From IMG/VR virus record IMGVR_UViG_3300033073_001660, positions 4,021 to 68,020 of that record: 64,000 bases of DNA; one strand, written 5' to 3'. Positions 48,879 through 56,639 of this stretch are shown one piece after another. The translations under genes were made by a program, and so were the position numbers. The stretch's first letter is position 1. Each line of letters begins with the position of its first letter. Origin of the DNA: a virus (lineage: Duplodnaviria; Caudoviricetes). Below the pieces are notes generated by a model, which made no database searches, had not been told where the DNA came from, and was given only the letters and a program-made list of their open reading frames with translations.

Positions 48879-48988
48879 AAATTCTAGTAATAATTATTAT
48901 TCTTTTAAGCTCAGTGGCATGCGCTTCTTCTAAAAAGGGAGGATGTGATGCATATGGCAAAGTTGAAAAAACTGAAAAACCTTCTTGA
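48875..48988 (+). CDS. 37-aa lipoprotein (absent from ORF track)
   Basis: MKILVIIIILLSSVAC-ASSKKGGCDAYGKVEKTEKPS has a signal peptide II and lipobox. It overlaps the upstream gene by ATGA and the downstream gene by TTGA. Confidence 0.75.
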   Translation: MKILVIIIILLSSVACASSKKGGCDAYGKVEKTEKPS

Positions 48989-49236
48989 AAAATATATTAT
49001 CATATTCACAATATACGAGCGACTCCCTAAAAGAGTCGCTTGATCCATATATAGAATCCAAGTTAAAATTTAAAATTGGCGATCAAGTTCAAGTAAAAGA
49101 CAGAATTGGAAAGGTGACTGCATTCAATGGAAAGGAATACTTAGTGATGATCCAAGGAAAAAACGAAAGAGTTCCAGAATCACAAATTGAGAAGATAAAA
49201 CCATTAAAGAAAAAGAAATTAGGCGTTAAAAAATAA
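48985..49236 (+). CDS. Small SH3/KOW-like protein with capsid-targeting-like N-terminus
   Basis: MKNILSYSQY...FKIGDQVQVKDRIGKVTAFNGKEYLV; TTG start. Confidence 0.5.
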   Translation: MKNILSYSQYTSDSLKESLDPYIESKLKFKIGDQVQVKDRIGKVTAFNGKEYLVMIQGKNERVPESQIEKIKPLKKKKLGVKK

Positions 49237-49257
49237 TAATATGATCTTTAAAATAGT

Positions 49258-49284
49258 AAAGGGTGTAAATTTTTACACCCTTTT
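49258..49284 (+). terminator. Intrinsic terminator
   Basis: AAAGGGTGTAAA-tt-TTTACACCCTTT hairpin followed by a T-rich tract, at the end of the late operon. Confidence 0.8.
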
Positions 49285-49306
49285 GTTTTATTTGTAGTTT
49301 TTTCTC

Positions 49307-49314
49307 AGTATAAT
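49307..49314 (+). promoter_or_regulatory. Putative -10 element AGTATAAT
   Basis: Lies just after the terminator, 19 nt upstream of ATG 49333. No RAAC upstream element is seen here. Confidence 0.45.
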
Positions 49315-49332
49315 ATCTAAAAATTTCTATAT

Positions 49333-49608
49333 ATGAAAAATTCAATTGTAATCGGTCCTATTCAAAAGGCCAAGCCCATGACTCAAAGAGCGTCGATTTT
49401 AGATCAACGTTTAGCTAAAATGAAAGTTGGAAACTTCTTCGAAGTTACAGGTCTTTCAAACAAAAATGACGTCTCTAATTTTAGAGCATCAATCCAATAT
49501 TTCTCAAAAAAGAGAGATGTTAAGGTTTCTACTTCAATGGTAAACGGTGTTCTTAAAGTTGAAAGAGTAAAATCTAGTAAAACTAAAGAGGTATCCAAAG
49601 TAAAATAA
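49333..49608 (+). CDS. Small basic hypothetical protein (possible nucleic-acid binding)
   Basis: 91 aa, Lys/Arg-rich; LAKMKVGNFFEV...KVERVK pattern. Confidence 0.5.
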   Translation: MKNSIVIGPIQKAKPMTQRASILDQRLAKMKVGNFFEVTGLSNKNDVSNFRASIQYFSKKRDVKVSTSMVNGVLKVERVKSSKTKEVSKVK

Positions 49609-49625
49609 TAAATAAAAACTTTTAA

Positions 49626-50426
49626 ATGGATACTCGAATAGATTTTAACACTGCCAAAAAGTTTGATCAGCTTGAATTGATTGATTGGAAAACCAAATAC
49701 GGCGATTTCCAATTCTACATCCGTAAAGGATTAAATGAAATAAAATACAACGTAGGTACAAACGTTTCAAAAAGTCCAAAAAGCGGCGAATACATCAAAC
49801 CCTTGACTTCTGCTGCATACGGACCTGAAATGGATGTAAACGGAGTTTTCAATCAAGAGGACACGTGGTTAGACATAGGTGGACACATCGGTCTCTTCGC
49901 AATTCGCATGGCTCGACAGTTTCCTAAAATAAAAGAAGTTGTTTCGTACGAGGCTCTACCTCACAACGCTTCTTTTGCATTGGAAAATATTAAAGTCAAT
50001 GGAGTAGAGTCTGAATGCAAGGTTGTCCAAAAAGCAATCGTTCCTGGAAATGAAGAGACTATTGATTTTTTTATCTCAAATGATTCAGGAAAGCATTCAA
50101 TTCTTCCAATCAGAGGTCGTGAAATACTTCATGTTCCGGCAATCAATATTAATGATGCAATTGCCAACCATGGAGCTACTGCAATCAAGATGGACGTCGA
50201 AGGCGCAGAATACGAATTGATCAAAGCAGTCACTGATTGGTCTAAGGTCAGAGTAATCATCATTGAGTATCATTTTATGTACAAGCCTCTTAAGACTAAT
50301 CGCGTTCAAAAATTCCAAGAGATTGTTTCTATTCTTGAAGAGAATTTCGATGTCGTTCGTAAGATTGAAGCAGTTGAGTACGGTAAGAATTTTATCACTC
50401 ATATTGTTGCTCTTAAGAATGATTAA
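49626..50426 (+). CDS. FkbM-family SAM-dependent methyltransferase
   Basis: WLDIGGHIGLF, VVSYEALPHN, IKMDVEGAEYELI. Confidence 0.88.
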   Translation: MDTRIDFNTAKKFDQLELIDWKTKYGDFQFYIRKGLNEIKYNVGTNVSKSPKSGEYIKPLTSAAYGPEMDVNGVFNQEDTWLDIGGHIGLFAIRMARQFPKIKEVVSYEALPHNASFALENIKVNGVESECKVVQKAIVPGNEETIDFFISNDSGKHSILPIRGREILHVPAININDAIANHGATAIKMDVEGAEYELIKAVTDWSKVRVIIIEYHFMYKPLKTNRVQKFQEIVSILEENFDVVRKIEAVEYGKNFITHIVALKND

Positions 50427-50844
50427 ACAGGAGAGTCCATATTTACTTCTACAGGAAATATACAACGAGCACCCATGGCGGATGCTCGTTTGTTGTATCA
50501 TGTTGAATTGTACCTCTAGAAAGCAGGTTGATCAAATAAGAGAAGAATTTTTTAGGAGATATCCTGACCCGTTTGAAGCAGAAAGAGCAGATCCAATTGA
50601 AATGGCTGAACTTATCGCCCCACTTGGATTTAAGAATCGGCGCACAAAGACGATACAACGATTCTCAAGCGACTGGCTCACACTCGATTGGCAAGAACCT
50701 AAGGAACTACATGGAATAGGCAAATATGCCCAGGACTCATGGGATATCTTCTATAAAGGTGATCTGACCGTTGAACCTACTGATGGAGTATTAGGGAAAT
50801 ATTTAGCTTGGGCAAGAACTCAGCCTGAAAATCCAGTAAAATAA
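50419..50844 (+). CDS. MBD4-like HhH-GPD DNA glycosylase
   Basis: SPYLLLQE..NEHPWRMLVCCIMLNCTS, PLGFKNRRTKTIQRFS, HhH KELHGIGKYAQDSWDIF and PTDGVL (catalytic Asp position) align with the MBD4 glycosylase domain as recalled. ATG at 50419. Confidence 0.85.
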   Translation: MIKQESPYLLLQEIYNEHPWRMLVCCIMLNCTSRKQVDQIREEFFRRYPDPFEAERADPIEMAELIAPLGFKNRRTKTIQRFSSDWLTLDWQEPKELHGIGKYAQDSWDIFYKGDLTVEPTDGVLGKYLAWARTQPENPVK

Positions 50845-50847
50845 TTT

Positions 50848-51903
50848 ATGAAAAGTTTATACGCATATTTTGGTCTACTTGACCTACATGACATTGATTC
50901 TCCAGGACATTCTCTTTATCAAATAGGTCTTGTCGATTCTTTGAGAGAATCATTTGGAGAAGAAAAATTTGATTTCTATTCATACTATCCAGAAGAAGTA
51001 ATTAAATCAGCGAGTCTTCAAGCATTTCCAGAAAATGAACTAGGTCAACTCTTTCACAAGTATAGAAGCGAATTATTTGATCAGCCTATTCATGATATCG
51101 AACAATTACTTAGTCTAATAAAAGAAAAAAAATATTCAAAACTTTATTTAAAGGCAAGATTCAGAAACCTTTCAACTCTTTCTAAAAAGTGGAAAGACGC
51201 TCGAGATTTTGATCAAATAATTCAGTGTGCGATTGATGCAGGTTACTCAAAAGATAAAATAATCATACTTGATACAGATCTTTCTCTTTCTGAAAAGTTT
51301 ATTGAGCAGACTAAAGACTTTGTGACTATCTTGATTCCATCGATCGATTTTCCAGGAATATCTAACATGTTCCTAGTAGATTGTGTGAATCTAAATCTTT
51401 CAAAGAATAAAAAAGGAGTAAGCAGTGTATTTTACGGAAACATTGATACTTCAAAATATAAAAGCGGAAACTCAAAAAGCGAGATCTTATCTGAAGCAAT
51501 CGATTGGATAAATCGTAATCATTGGTCGAAAGACGAAGATTTTTACCTAGTATGTAAAAAGAATGATTTTGATTCAGTGCCAGATAAATTGTCATCTATC
51601 CACCACATAGATAGACGAGATAGAGTTAAGATTTGGGAAACATTAGAGTCTTCTAGAATCATGGTAAATATTACAAAGGAGAAGTATAATGATCGTAAAT
51701 TTATTCCAGCAAGAATATATGAAGCGATGATCTTTGGAATGATTCCAGTTTCATATAAGTTTGACTTCTTATGTTCAGCTTTTTCGTTTGATAACCTTGA
51801 AGATTTGACAGAAATTTATGTATACTTATCGGAGTGTGATGATGCTGGCTTAGAACAAGCATATCGACACTTCATCAATTGCTATCTAGATAGTTTAAAG
51901 TAA
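50848..51903 (+). CDS. GT-B glycosyltransferase resembling T4 DNA beta-glucosyltransferase
   Basis: 351 aa; IIILDTDLSL, SVFYGNI and KYNDRKFIPARIYEAM correspond to T4 BGT YYLFTDIRL, VIYGGS and NYNDNFITLRVWETM (recalled). Confidence 0.65.
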   Translation: MKSLYAYFGLLDLHDIDSPGHSLYQIGLVDSLRESFGEEKFDFYSYYPEEVIKSASLQAFPENELGQLFHKYRSELFDQPIHDIEQLLSLIKEKKYSKLYLKARFRNLSTLSKKWKDARDFDQIIQCAIDAGYSKDKIIILDTDLSLSEKFIEQTKDFVTILIPSIDFPGISNMFLVDCVNLNLSKNKKGVSSVFYGNIDTSKYKSGNSKSEILSEAIDWINRNHWSKDEDFYLVCKKNDFDSVPDKLSSIHHIDRRDRVKIWETLESSRIMVNITKEKYNDRKFIPARIYEAMIFGMIPVSYKFDFLCSAFSFDNLEDLTEIYVYLSECDDAGLEQAYRHFINCYLDSLK

Positions 51904-51910
51904 AAATATA

Positions 51911-51947
51911 ATAGGTCGATAAATAAAATAAAGATTTATCGACCTAT
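51911..51947 (+). promoter_or_regulatory. Perfect 14-bp inverted repeat containing a late promoter and covering the start codon
   Basis: ATAGGTCGATAAAT (51911-51924), a 9-nt loop, then ATTTATCGACCTAT (51934-51947). GATAAATA lies at 51918-51925 and the ATG at 51946. Confidence 0.85.
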
Positions 51948-53226
51948 GAAAAAAATATTACTTTTCTTCATTTTTAGTTCTGCGATATTCGTAGAACTCT
52001 TATCACAGTGTAATAACTATCAAGTATACGAAAGTTTTGGTACTACTACTTTACCTACTCAGGGTGGAACATGGGCACACAACTCAGCAATTACTGTAAC
52101 TACTCCAGTCAGAACTGGTGCCAGAGCAATGGGTTTTAACGGGACTGGAGATTGGATTAGAACACCTCAAATCTCTTCTCCTGGAATATTCTCTTTCTGG
52201 TATAGAAGAAGTGCCAATACAACTGCCTGGAGCTGTGTTATTGAGACTTCTCCGGATGCTATTACTTGGACTAATCGAGGGACTCTATCTGCAATAACTG
52301 CAACATATCAACAATATAATTTAAACCTTGGGTCACTTGGCCTAACTAATGTGTATGTTAGAATTAGAGATACTCGTGCATCTGGAGCTCATGAAAGATA
52401 TATTGATGATTTATCTTGGACTTCAACTACTGTTTCGAATAATACATTGGTCCCATTCTTAGGAAACTGTTCACAAACAGTAAGCCTTCCTCTAACACTA
52501 GTTGATCCTGGAAGTTATGCGGAAACTTATAATAATAATCTTTCACAAACAATAACGTTTACGCCAGCTAATTCTGGTGATAAATTAGCTCTAGATATTT
52601 CTTTATTAGCGATTGAGTCAACATATGATTACTTGTACATATATGATGGTCCATCAACTAGTGATCCTTTAATTGCAACCTTGACAGGAAATTCAATAAA
52701 CCTCTCATATGTTTCGACAGGATCGACCGGTTCTCTTACTATTAGGTTTACGACTGACATCTCAAATGTTGGTTCATGGGAAGGTTTTCAAGCCACGATT
52801 TCCCAAATCACTCCTCTTCCAATTGAACTATTATATTTTGAAGGTAAGTCGATGGGTAGTAGTAATCTACTAACTTGGGCAACAGCTAGTGAAAATAATA
52901 GTTCTTATTTTGATATTTTGAAAAGTACTGATGGTTTCTCATGGATATCGATTGGGCACGTGACTTCAGCTATTAATTCAACTGCTCTTTTAACCTATTC
53001 AACAATTGATGATTTACCGAGACCGGTCGTTAATTATTATAAACTTAATCAATATGATCTTGATGGAAAGAATAAGGAATATGGTCCAATTTCGATCGAT
53101 AACCGTATACAATTAAAAAAGATAATTCGAGTAGTCAATCTTTTGGGTCAAAATATATCTAGCGAAGAAACAGGTATCTTAATTGAAATATATGAAGACG
53201 GTACAATGAAAAGAGTATATAGATAA
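51946..53226 (+). CDS. Secreted CUB-domain protein with Bacteroidota T9SS-type C-terminal region
   Basis: Signal peptide MKKILLFFIFSSAIFVELLSQ; CUB motif ESTYDYLYIYDGPSTSDPLIATLTG...LTIRFTTD; PLPIELLYF Ig-like domain; C-terminal KIIRVVNLLGQ...IEIYEDGT. Confidence 0.8.
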   Translation: MKKILLFFIFSSAIFVELLSQCNNYQVYESFGTTTLPTQGGTWAHNSAITVTTPVRTGARAMGFNGTGDWIRTPQISSPGIFSFWYRRSANTTAWSCVIETSPDAITWTNRGTLSAITATYQQYNLNLGSLGLTNVYVRIRDTRASGAHERYIDDLSWTSTTVSNNTLVPFLGNCSQTVSLPLTLVDPGSYAETYNNNLSQTITFTPANSGDKLALDISLLAIESTYDYLYIYDGPSTSDPLIATLTGNSINLSYVSTGSTGSLTIRFTTDISNVGSWEGFQATISQITPLPIELLYFEGKSMGSSNLLTWATASENNSSYFDILKSTDGFSWISIGHVTSAINSTALLTYSTIDDLPRPVVNYYKLNQYDLDGKNKEYGPISIDNRIQLKKIIRVVNLLGQNISSEETGILIEIYEDGTMKRVYR

Positions 53227-53227
53227 G

Positions 53228-53234
53228 ATAAATA
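53228..53234 (+). promoter_or_regulatory. Late promoter GATAAATA
   Basis: Upstream of ATG 53253. Confidence 0.55.
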
Positions 53235-53252
53235 ATAAGAAAGACTTAGTTT

Positions 53253-55112
53253 ATGTCGAGTTTAACACTAAACGAGAGTCAGATTCAGCAATTAGATGCA
53301 TTAAACTCAGTGTTTGAGGCAGCTGAACCTAGACTTTCTAAAATTCTTACTTTTGATAACTTTGTAAATGAAGCGTATGCCTTAAAGGTAATTGAATCGA
53401 ATATTCCAGATAGCTTACGTATCGATCTTCACCTAGACATGATATTTGGTGAAAGCACATATACTCTAACTGAGTATTACAAATCTATGTCGTCTGGCAC
53501 AAACCGTATTTTAGAAGCAGCTCGAAAAATATTTCCGGATTCTCCTGCAATAACTGAATCTATTGAAAGTTTTAAGGAATACTTAGGGTCTTTACTAAAT
53601 GAAGAGTCACTAGCCTTAAGCATGCCAACAGTTAACCCTGCAGCTAGTATAGATACCGCACTTAACGGTGGGGCACTTCAGCCTAGAACAAGCGACGGTT
53701 TTTGGGGAACTCTTAAAAAGCTATGGAATGCATTAACTGAAGGAGGTTCAGTTTTTGGAGTAATACACCTTATTCTTGATATAATTGGAGTAGTCGGTGA
53801 CTGGATCATTCCTGGAGTAGGCATAGTTGCAGATATTATCAATGCCATAATTTACGCGTGTAGGGGAGAATGGATAATGGCTGCCATTTCTTTGATCGCT
53901 GGAATAATTATTGGCGGCGGAGATGCTCTAAAACTTCTTAAAGGCTCAGCCAAACCTGCTGGAAAAATATTACCTTTTCTTGTAAAAGAAGGAGGTGCTA
54001 AAGGGGCAGCAGAAGCTCTATCAAAAATACCGGCCAAAGAAAGGGGAGGAGTTTTAAAACTTCTTACTGGAATATTTGGAAATCTTGGTGGAGCTCTAGG
54101 CAAAGCTACATCACTATTTGGTCAATTTGTTAAAGGTTTCGGTAAAGTTACAAGCTATATTCCAGGATTAGGTGGAGCGCTAAAATGGGTATTTGATGGA
54201 CTTGGGACTACTTTAACTAAGTTTGGAGAAAAGATGACATTAGCTGGCGCTAATTTTAAACTTGCTACGAAGGTCGCTAAAAAAGAGGCAGCTGAAGTTA
54301 TCGACAAGGCAGCAAAGGCTGGTGGTGGAGATTTTATATTCGATGGTCCATGGGTAAAAGTAATTAATAAAGAAGGTAAACAGGTCGGTAAATATCCAGC
54401 AAGCCAAATTGATAAGATCATGGGAAAATCGATAGGTGAAATCGCTAGCAAAAAAGCAGGTTCAGAAGCTGGCGCCAAAATCTTATATAAAAATGGTGAT
54501 GACGTTGCTAAAGTGACTAGGACTCTAGAAAATCCTAAGGTGCAGGAGAGTATGAGAAAGCGAGCATATGAGTTTTTTGAAAAAAGAATAAAGGCAGGAG
54601 CTAAGAGAACATTTAATATAAAAAATCTTTCATGGTTTATCGGTAAGCAGATTTATAAGTTAATCCATAAAACAGATTGGGTAGACGGAGCAAATAATAA
54701 ATGGTCAAGACGAGAAGTTGAAGGCCATGGAAACGGAGCCATGAATCATTGGATCGACGGTCGAATAAAGGATGAAATGGATAAGACTGGTGCAGTATAT
54801 GTGCCTGCACTGGAGCTAGACTCACAAGATCAGGAAGTAGTGAATAAAGTAACTGATTATCAAAATCATTATGCTAAATTATACGGTCAGCCTGAAATAA
54901 TACAAGTAGTCACTAAACAATACGATAAAAACGGCCCAGGTGCAGAATTTGCAGATTTCTTCGATGAAGTAGCAAAAGGTAATGTAAAAAGAGGAGGTAA
55001 AGGAGATATGATAGATCATACGTTATCTGATGAAACAAACGTCAAATCCAAACTTACTGAAAGTAAAAAATCAGTAATTAAAACAATATCTAATTTTTCA
55101 GATTTTAAATGA
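53253..55112 (+). CDS. Protein with pre-toxin TG-like hydrophobic hairpin and capsid-targeting-like motifs
   Basis: HLILDIIGVVGDWIIPGVGIVADIINAIIYACRGEWIMAAISL matches the PT-TG pattern. ILTFDNFVNE lies near the N-terminus and ISNFSDFK at the C-terminus. Confidence 0.6.
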   Translation: MSSLTLNESQIQQLDALNSVFEAAEPRLSKILTFDNFVNEAYALKVIESNIPDSLRIDLHLDMIFGESTYTLTEYYKSMSSGTNRILEAARKIFPDSPAITESIESFKEYLGSLLNEESLALSMPTVNPAASIDTALNGGALQPRTSDGFWGTLKKLWNALTEGGSVFGVIHLILDIIGVVGDWIIPGVGIVADIINAIIYACRGEWIMAAISLIAGIIIGGGDALKLLKGSAKPAGKILPFLVKEGGAKGAAEALSKIPAKERGGVLKLLTGIFGNLGGALGKATSLFGQFVKGFGKVTSYIPGLGGALKWVFDGLGTTLTKFGEKMTLAGANFKLATKVAKKEAAEVIDKAAKAGGGDFIFDGPWVKVINKEGKQVGKYPASQIDKIMGKSIGEIASKKAGSEAGAKILYKNGDDVAKVTRTLENPKVQESMRKRAYEFFEKRIKAGAKRTFNIKNLSWFIGKQIYKLIHKTDWVDGANNKWSRREVEGHGNGAMNHWIDGRIKDEMDKTGAVYVPALELDSQDQEVVNKVTDYQNHYAKLYGQPEIIQVVTKQYDKNGPGAEFADFFDEVAKGNVKRGGKGDMIDHTLSDETNVKSKLTESKKSVIKTISNFSDFK

Positions 55113-55957
55113 AATTAAAGAATTTTAAAAGTTATTCAAATCACTATTCAAAGGATCCTAAAAACTTTGAAAAAAAGATTGCTCTTGCTTCAACTACTGG
55201 AGAGTCTCCGTTATTTGAGAACTTTTCTACTTTCGATGATGCACTAAATGCAAACAAATCGGTTCCAGTAATAATTTGGGGAAATTTTAAGTTTTCAAAT
55301 ATCAATGAAAACTTTTGCAGCGTAGTGTATAACCAAGGAAACATTCCAAGTAAGGAAGAATTATCTTCTGCCTTTCGGGAAGAAGATTTTATTCCACGAA
55401 TAATTAAGGATAGGTCTTCTCTGAAAAAAGCAAAATTTCCAATTGTCGGTATTTCAGGAGAAGAAGAGGAAGAATTTAAAACATACGGACAATTTAAAAA
55501 ATCAGAGAAATTTTTTAATCATTTTAAAGAGAAACTTACTCCTACTTCTAGGTTTGAGATATTAACTGTTGATGGAAAACCCATTCATGCTCAAAAGAAG
55601 ATCGTCAATACTTCATTTGATATTGATCTAAATCGATGGAAACATTTGGGTGAAGCTGAGTCTATTTGTAAAAAGATTCACTCTAAGTATTCTCCAGAAT
55701 TTTATATAGTCAGTGTGCTTGAGTGTAATAGTAAACTTTATCTTGATTCTATCACTAGAAATATAAATCTTACTCCATCACAGGGTGTAAAACTATACGA
55801 ATCAGCGTATCGAAAGTATTATGAAACTGAACTCCCTTCATGGTTTAGAAAAAAGATCTTTGAAGATCATGTGAAACCATATTATGTTAAAAAATATTAT
55901 GATTCACTATTATTCAAACCTACTGGAGTGATTGATTATAAAAAATATTTAGATTAA
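55109..55957 (+). CDS. Degenerate RimK-like ATP-grasp protein
   Basis: FIPRI, KFPIVG, FKEKL...RFEILTVDGK and FYIVSVLECNSKLYLDSI follow the ATP-grasp layout but lack the usual K, D and E-x-N residues. Confidence 0.45.
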   Translation: MKLKNFKSYSNHYSKDPKNFEKKIALASTTGESPLFENFSTFDDALNANKSVPVIIWGNFKFSNINENFCSVVYNQGNIPSKEELSSAFREEDFIPRIIKDRSSLKKAKFPIVGISGEEEEEFKTYGQFKKSEKFFNHFKEKLTPTSRFEILTVDGKPIHAQKKIVNTSFDIDLNRWKHLGEAESICKKIHSKYSPEFYIVSVLECNSKLYLDSITRNINLTPSQGVKLYESAYRKYYETELPSWFRKKIFEDHVKPYYVKKYYDSLLFKPTGVIDYKKYLD

Positions 55958-56139
55958 TGATTATAATCAATTGTAAAGGTAAACGTATCGAATGGGTACT
56001 TAAAACATATCGTCAAAAGGTTGATAAGACTCGACAGCTTGACGAACTTAAGTCTAGGAAAGAATTTGAAAAGCCTAGTGTTAAGAAGAGAAGAATTAAA
56101 CAACGAGCTCAATATAAACAGAATAATGTTAAATTTTAA
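55957..56139 (+). CDS. rpsU: 30S ribosomal protein bS21
   Basis: IEWVLKTYRQKVDKTRQLDELKSRKEFEKPSVKKR has the bS21 signature. Starts at a TAATG overlap. Confidence 0.9.
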   Translation: MIIINCKGKRIEWVLKTYRQKVDKTRQLDELKSRKEFEKPSVKKRRIKQRAQYKQNNVKF

Positions 56140-56620
56140 TGATTTTTTAAATGAAAGATGGGGGGAGGACGTTCAAATAAAAGATCGTCGTGCTGCGGGT
56201 GTTGCAGTAATTTGGAATAATAAAATACTCCTAATTCACCCAACTAATTCATCATGGAAAAAATCCACTTGTGGAATACCTAAAGGCAAACTTGAACCTG
56301 GAGAAGACCCGATTGCTGGGGCTCTTAGAGAACTTGAAGAAGAGACTGGCATAATATTAGACTCTTCTCAATTAGATCCTGAAATGCACAAAGTAGATTT
56401 CTATAATCACAAGAATGAAGTAGATGGTCACCTAATTTATTTTGTTTGCAAAATATTAGACCTCTCAGAAATAGGCTTAGAATCAGACAGGTTACCTAAA
56501 GGTCAACTTCAATTAGAAGAAGTTGATTGGGGAAAATTCGTCAGTGCTGAAGAAGCATATCCCATTATTACTAGAAATCAAATGATTATCTTAGATAGGC
56601 ATCTTCGCCTAAATAAATAA
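56126..56620 (+). CDS. Nudix hydrolase with capsid-targeting-like N-terminus
   Basis: Nudix box GKLEPGEDPIAGALRELEEETGI; ATG at 56126 gives MLNFNDFLNE. Confidence 0.9.
   Translation: MLNFNDFLNERWGEDVQIKDRRAAGVAVIWNNKILLIHPTNSSWKKSTCGIPKGKLEPGEDPIAGALRELEEETGIILDSSQLDPEMHKVDFYNHKNEVDGHLIYFVCKILDLSEIGLESDRLPKGQLQLEEVDWGKFVSAEEAYPIITRNQMIILDRHLRLNK
56613..56619 (+). promoter_or_regulatory. Late promoter core ATAAATA
   Basis: Upstream of GTG 56640. Confidence 0.5.
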
Positions 56621-56639
56621 CTAAAATATTTCTATTTTT

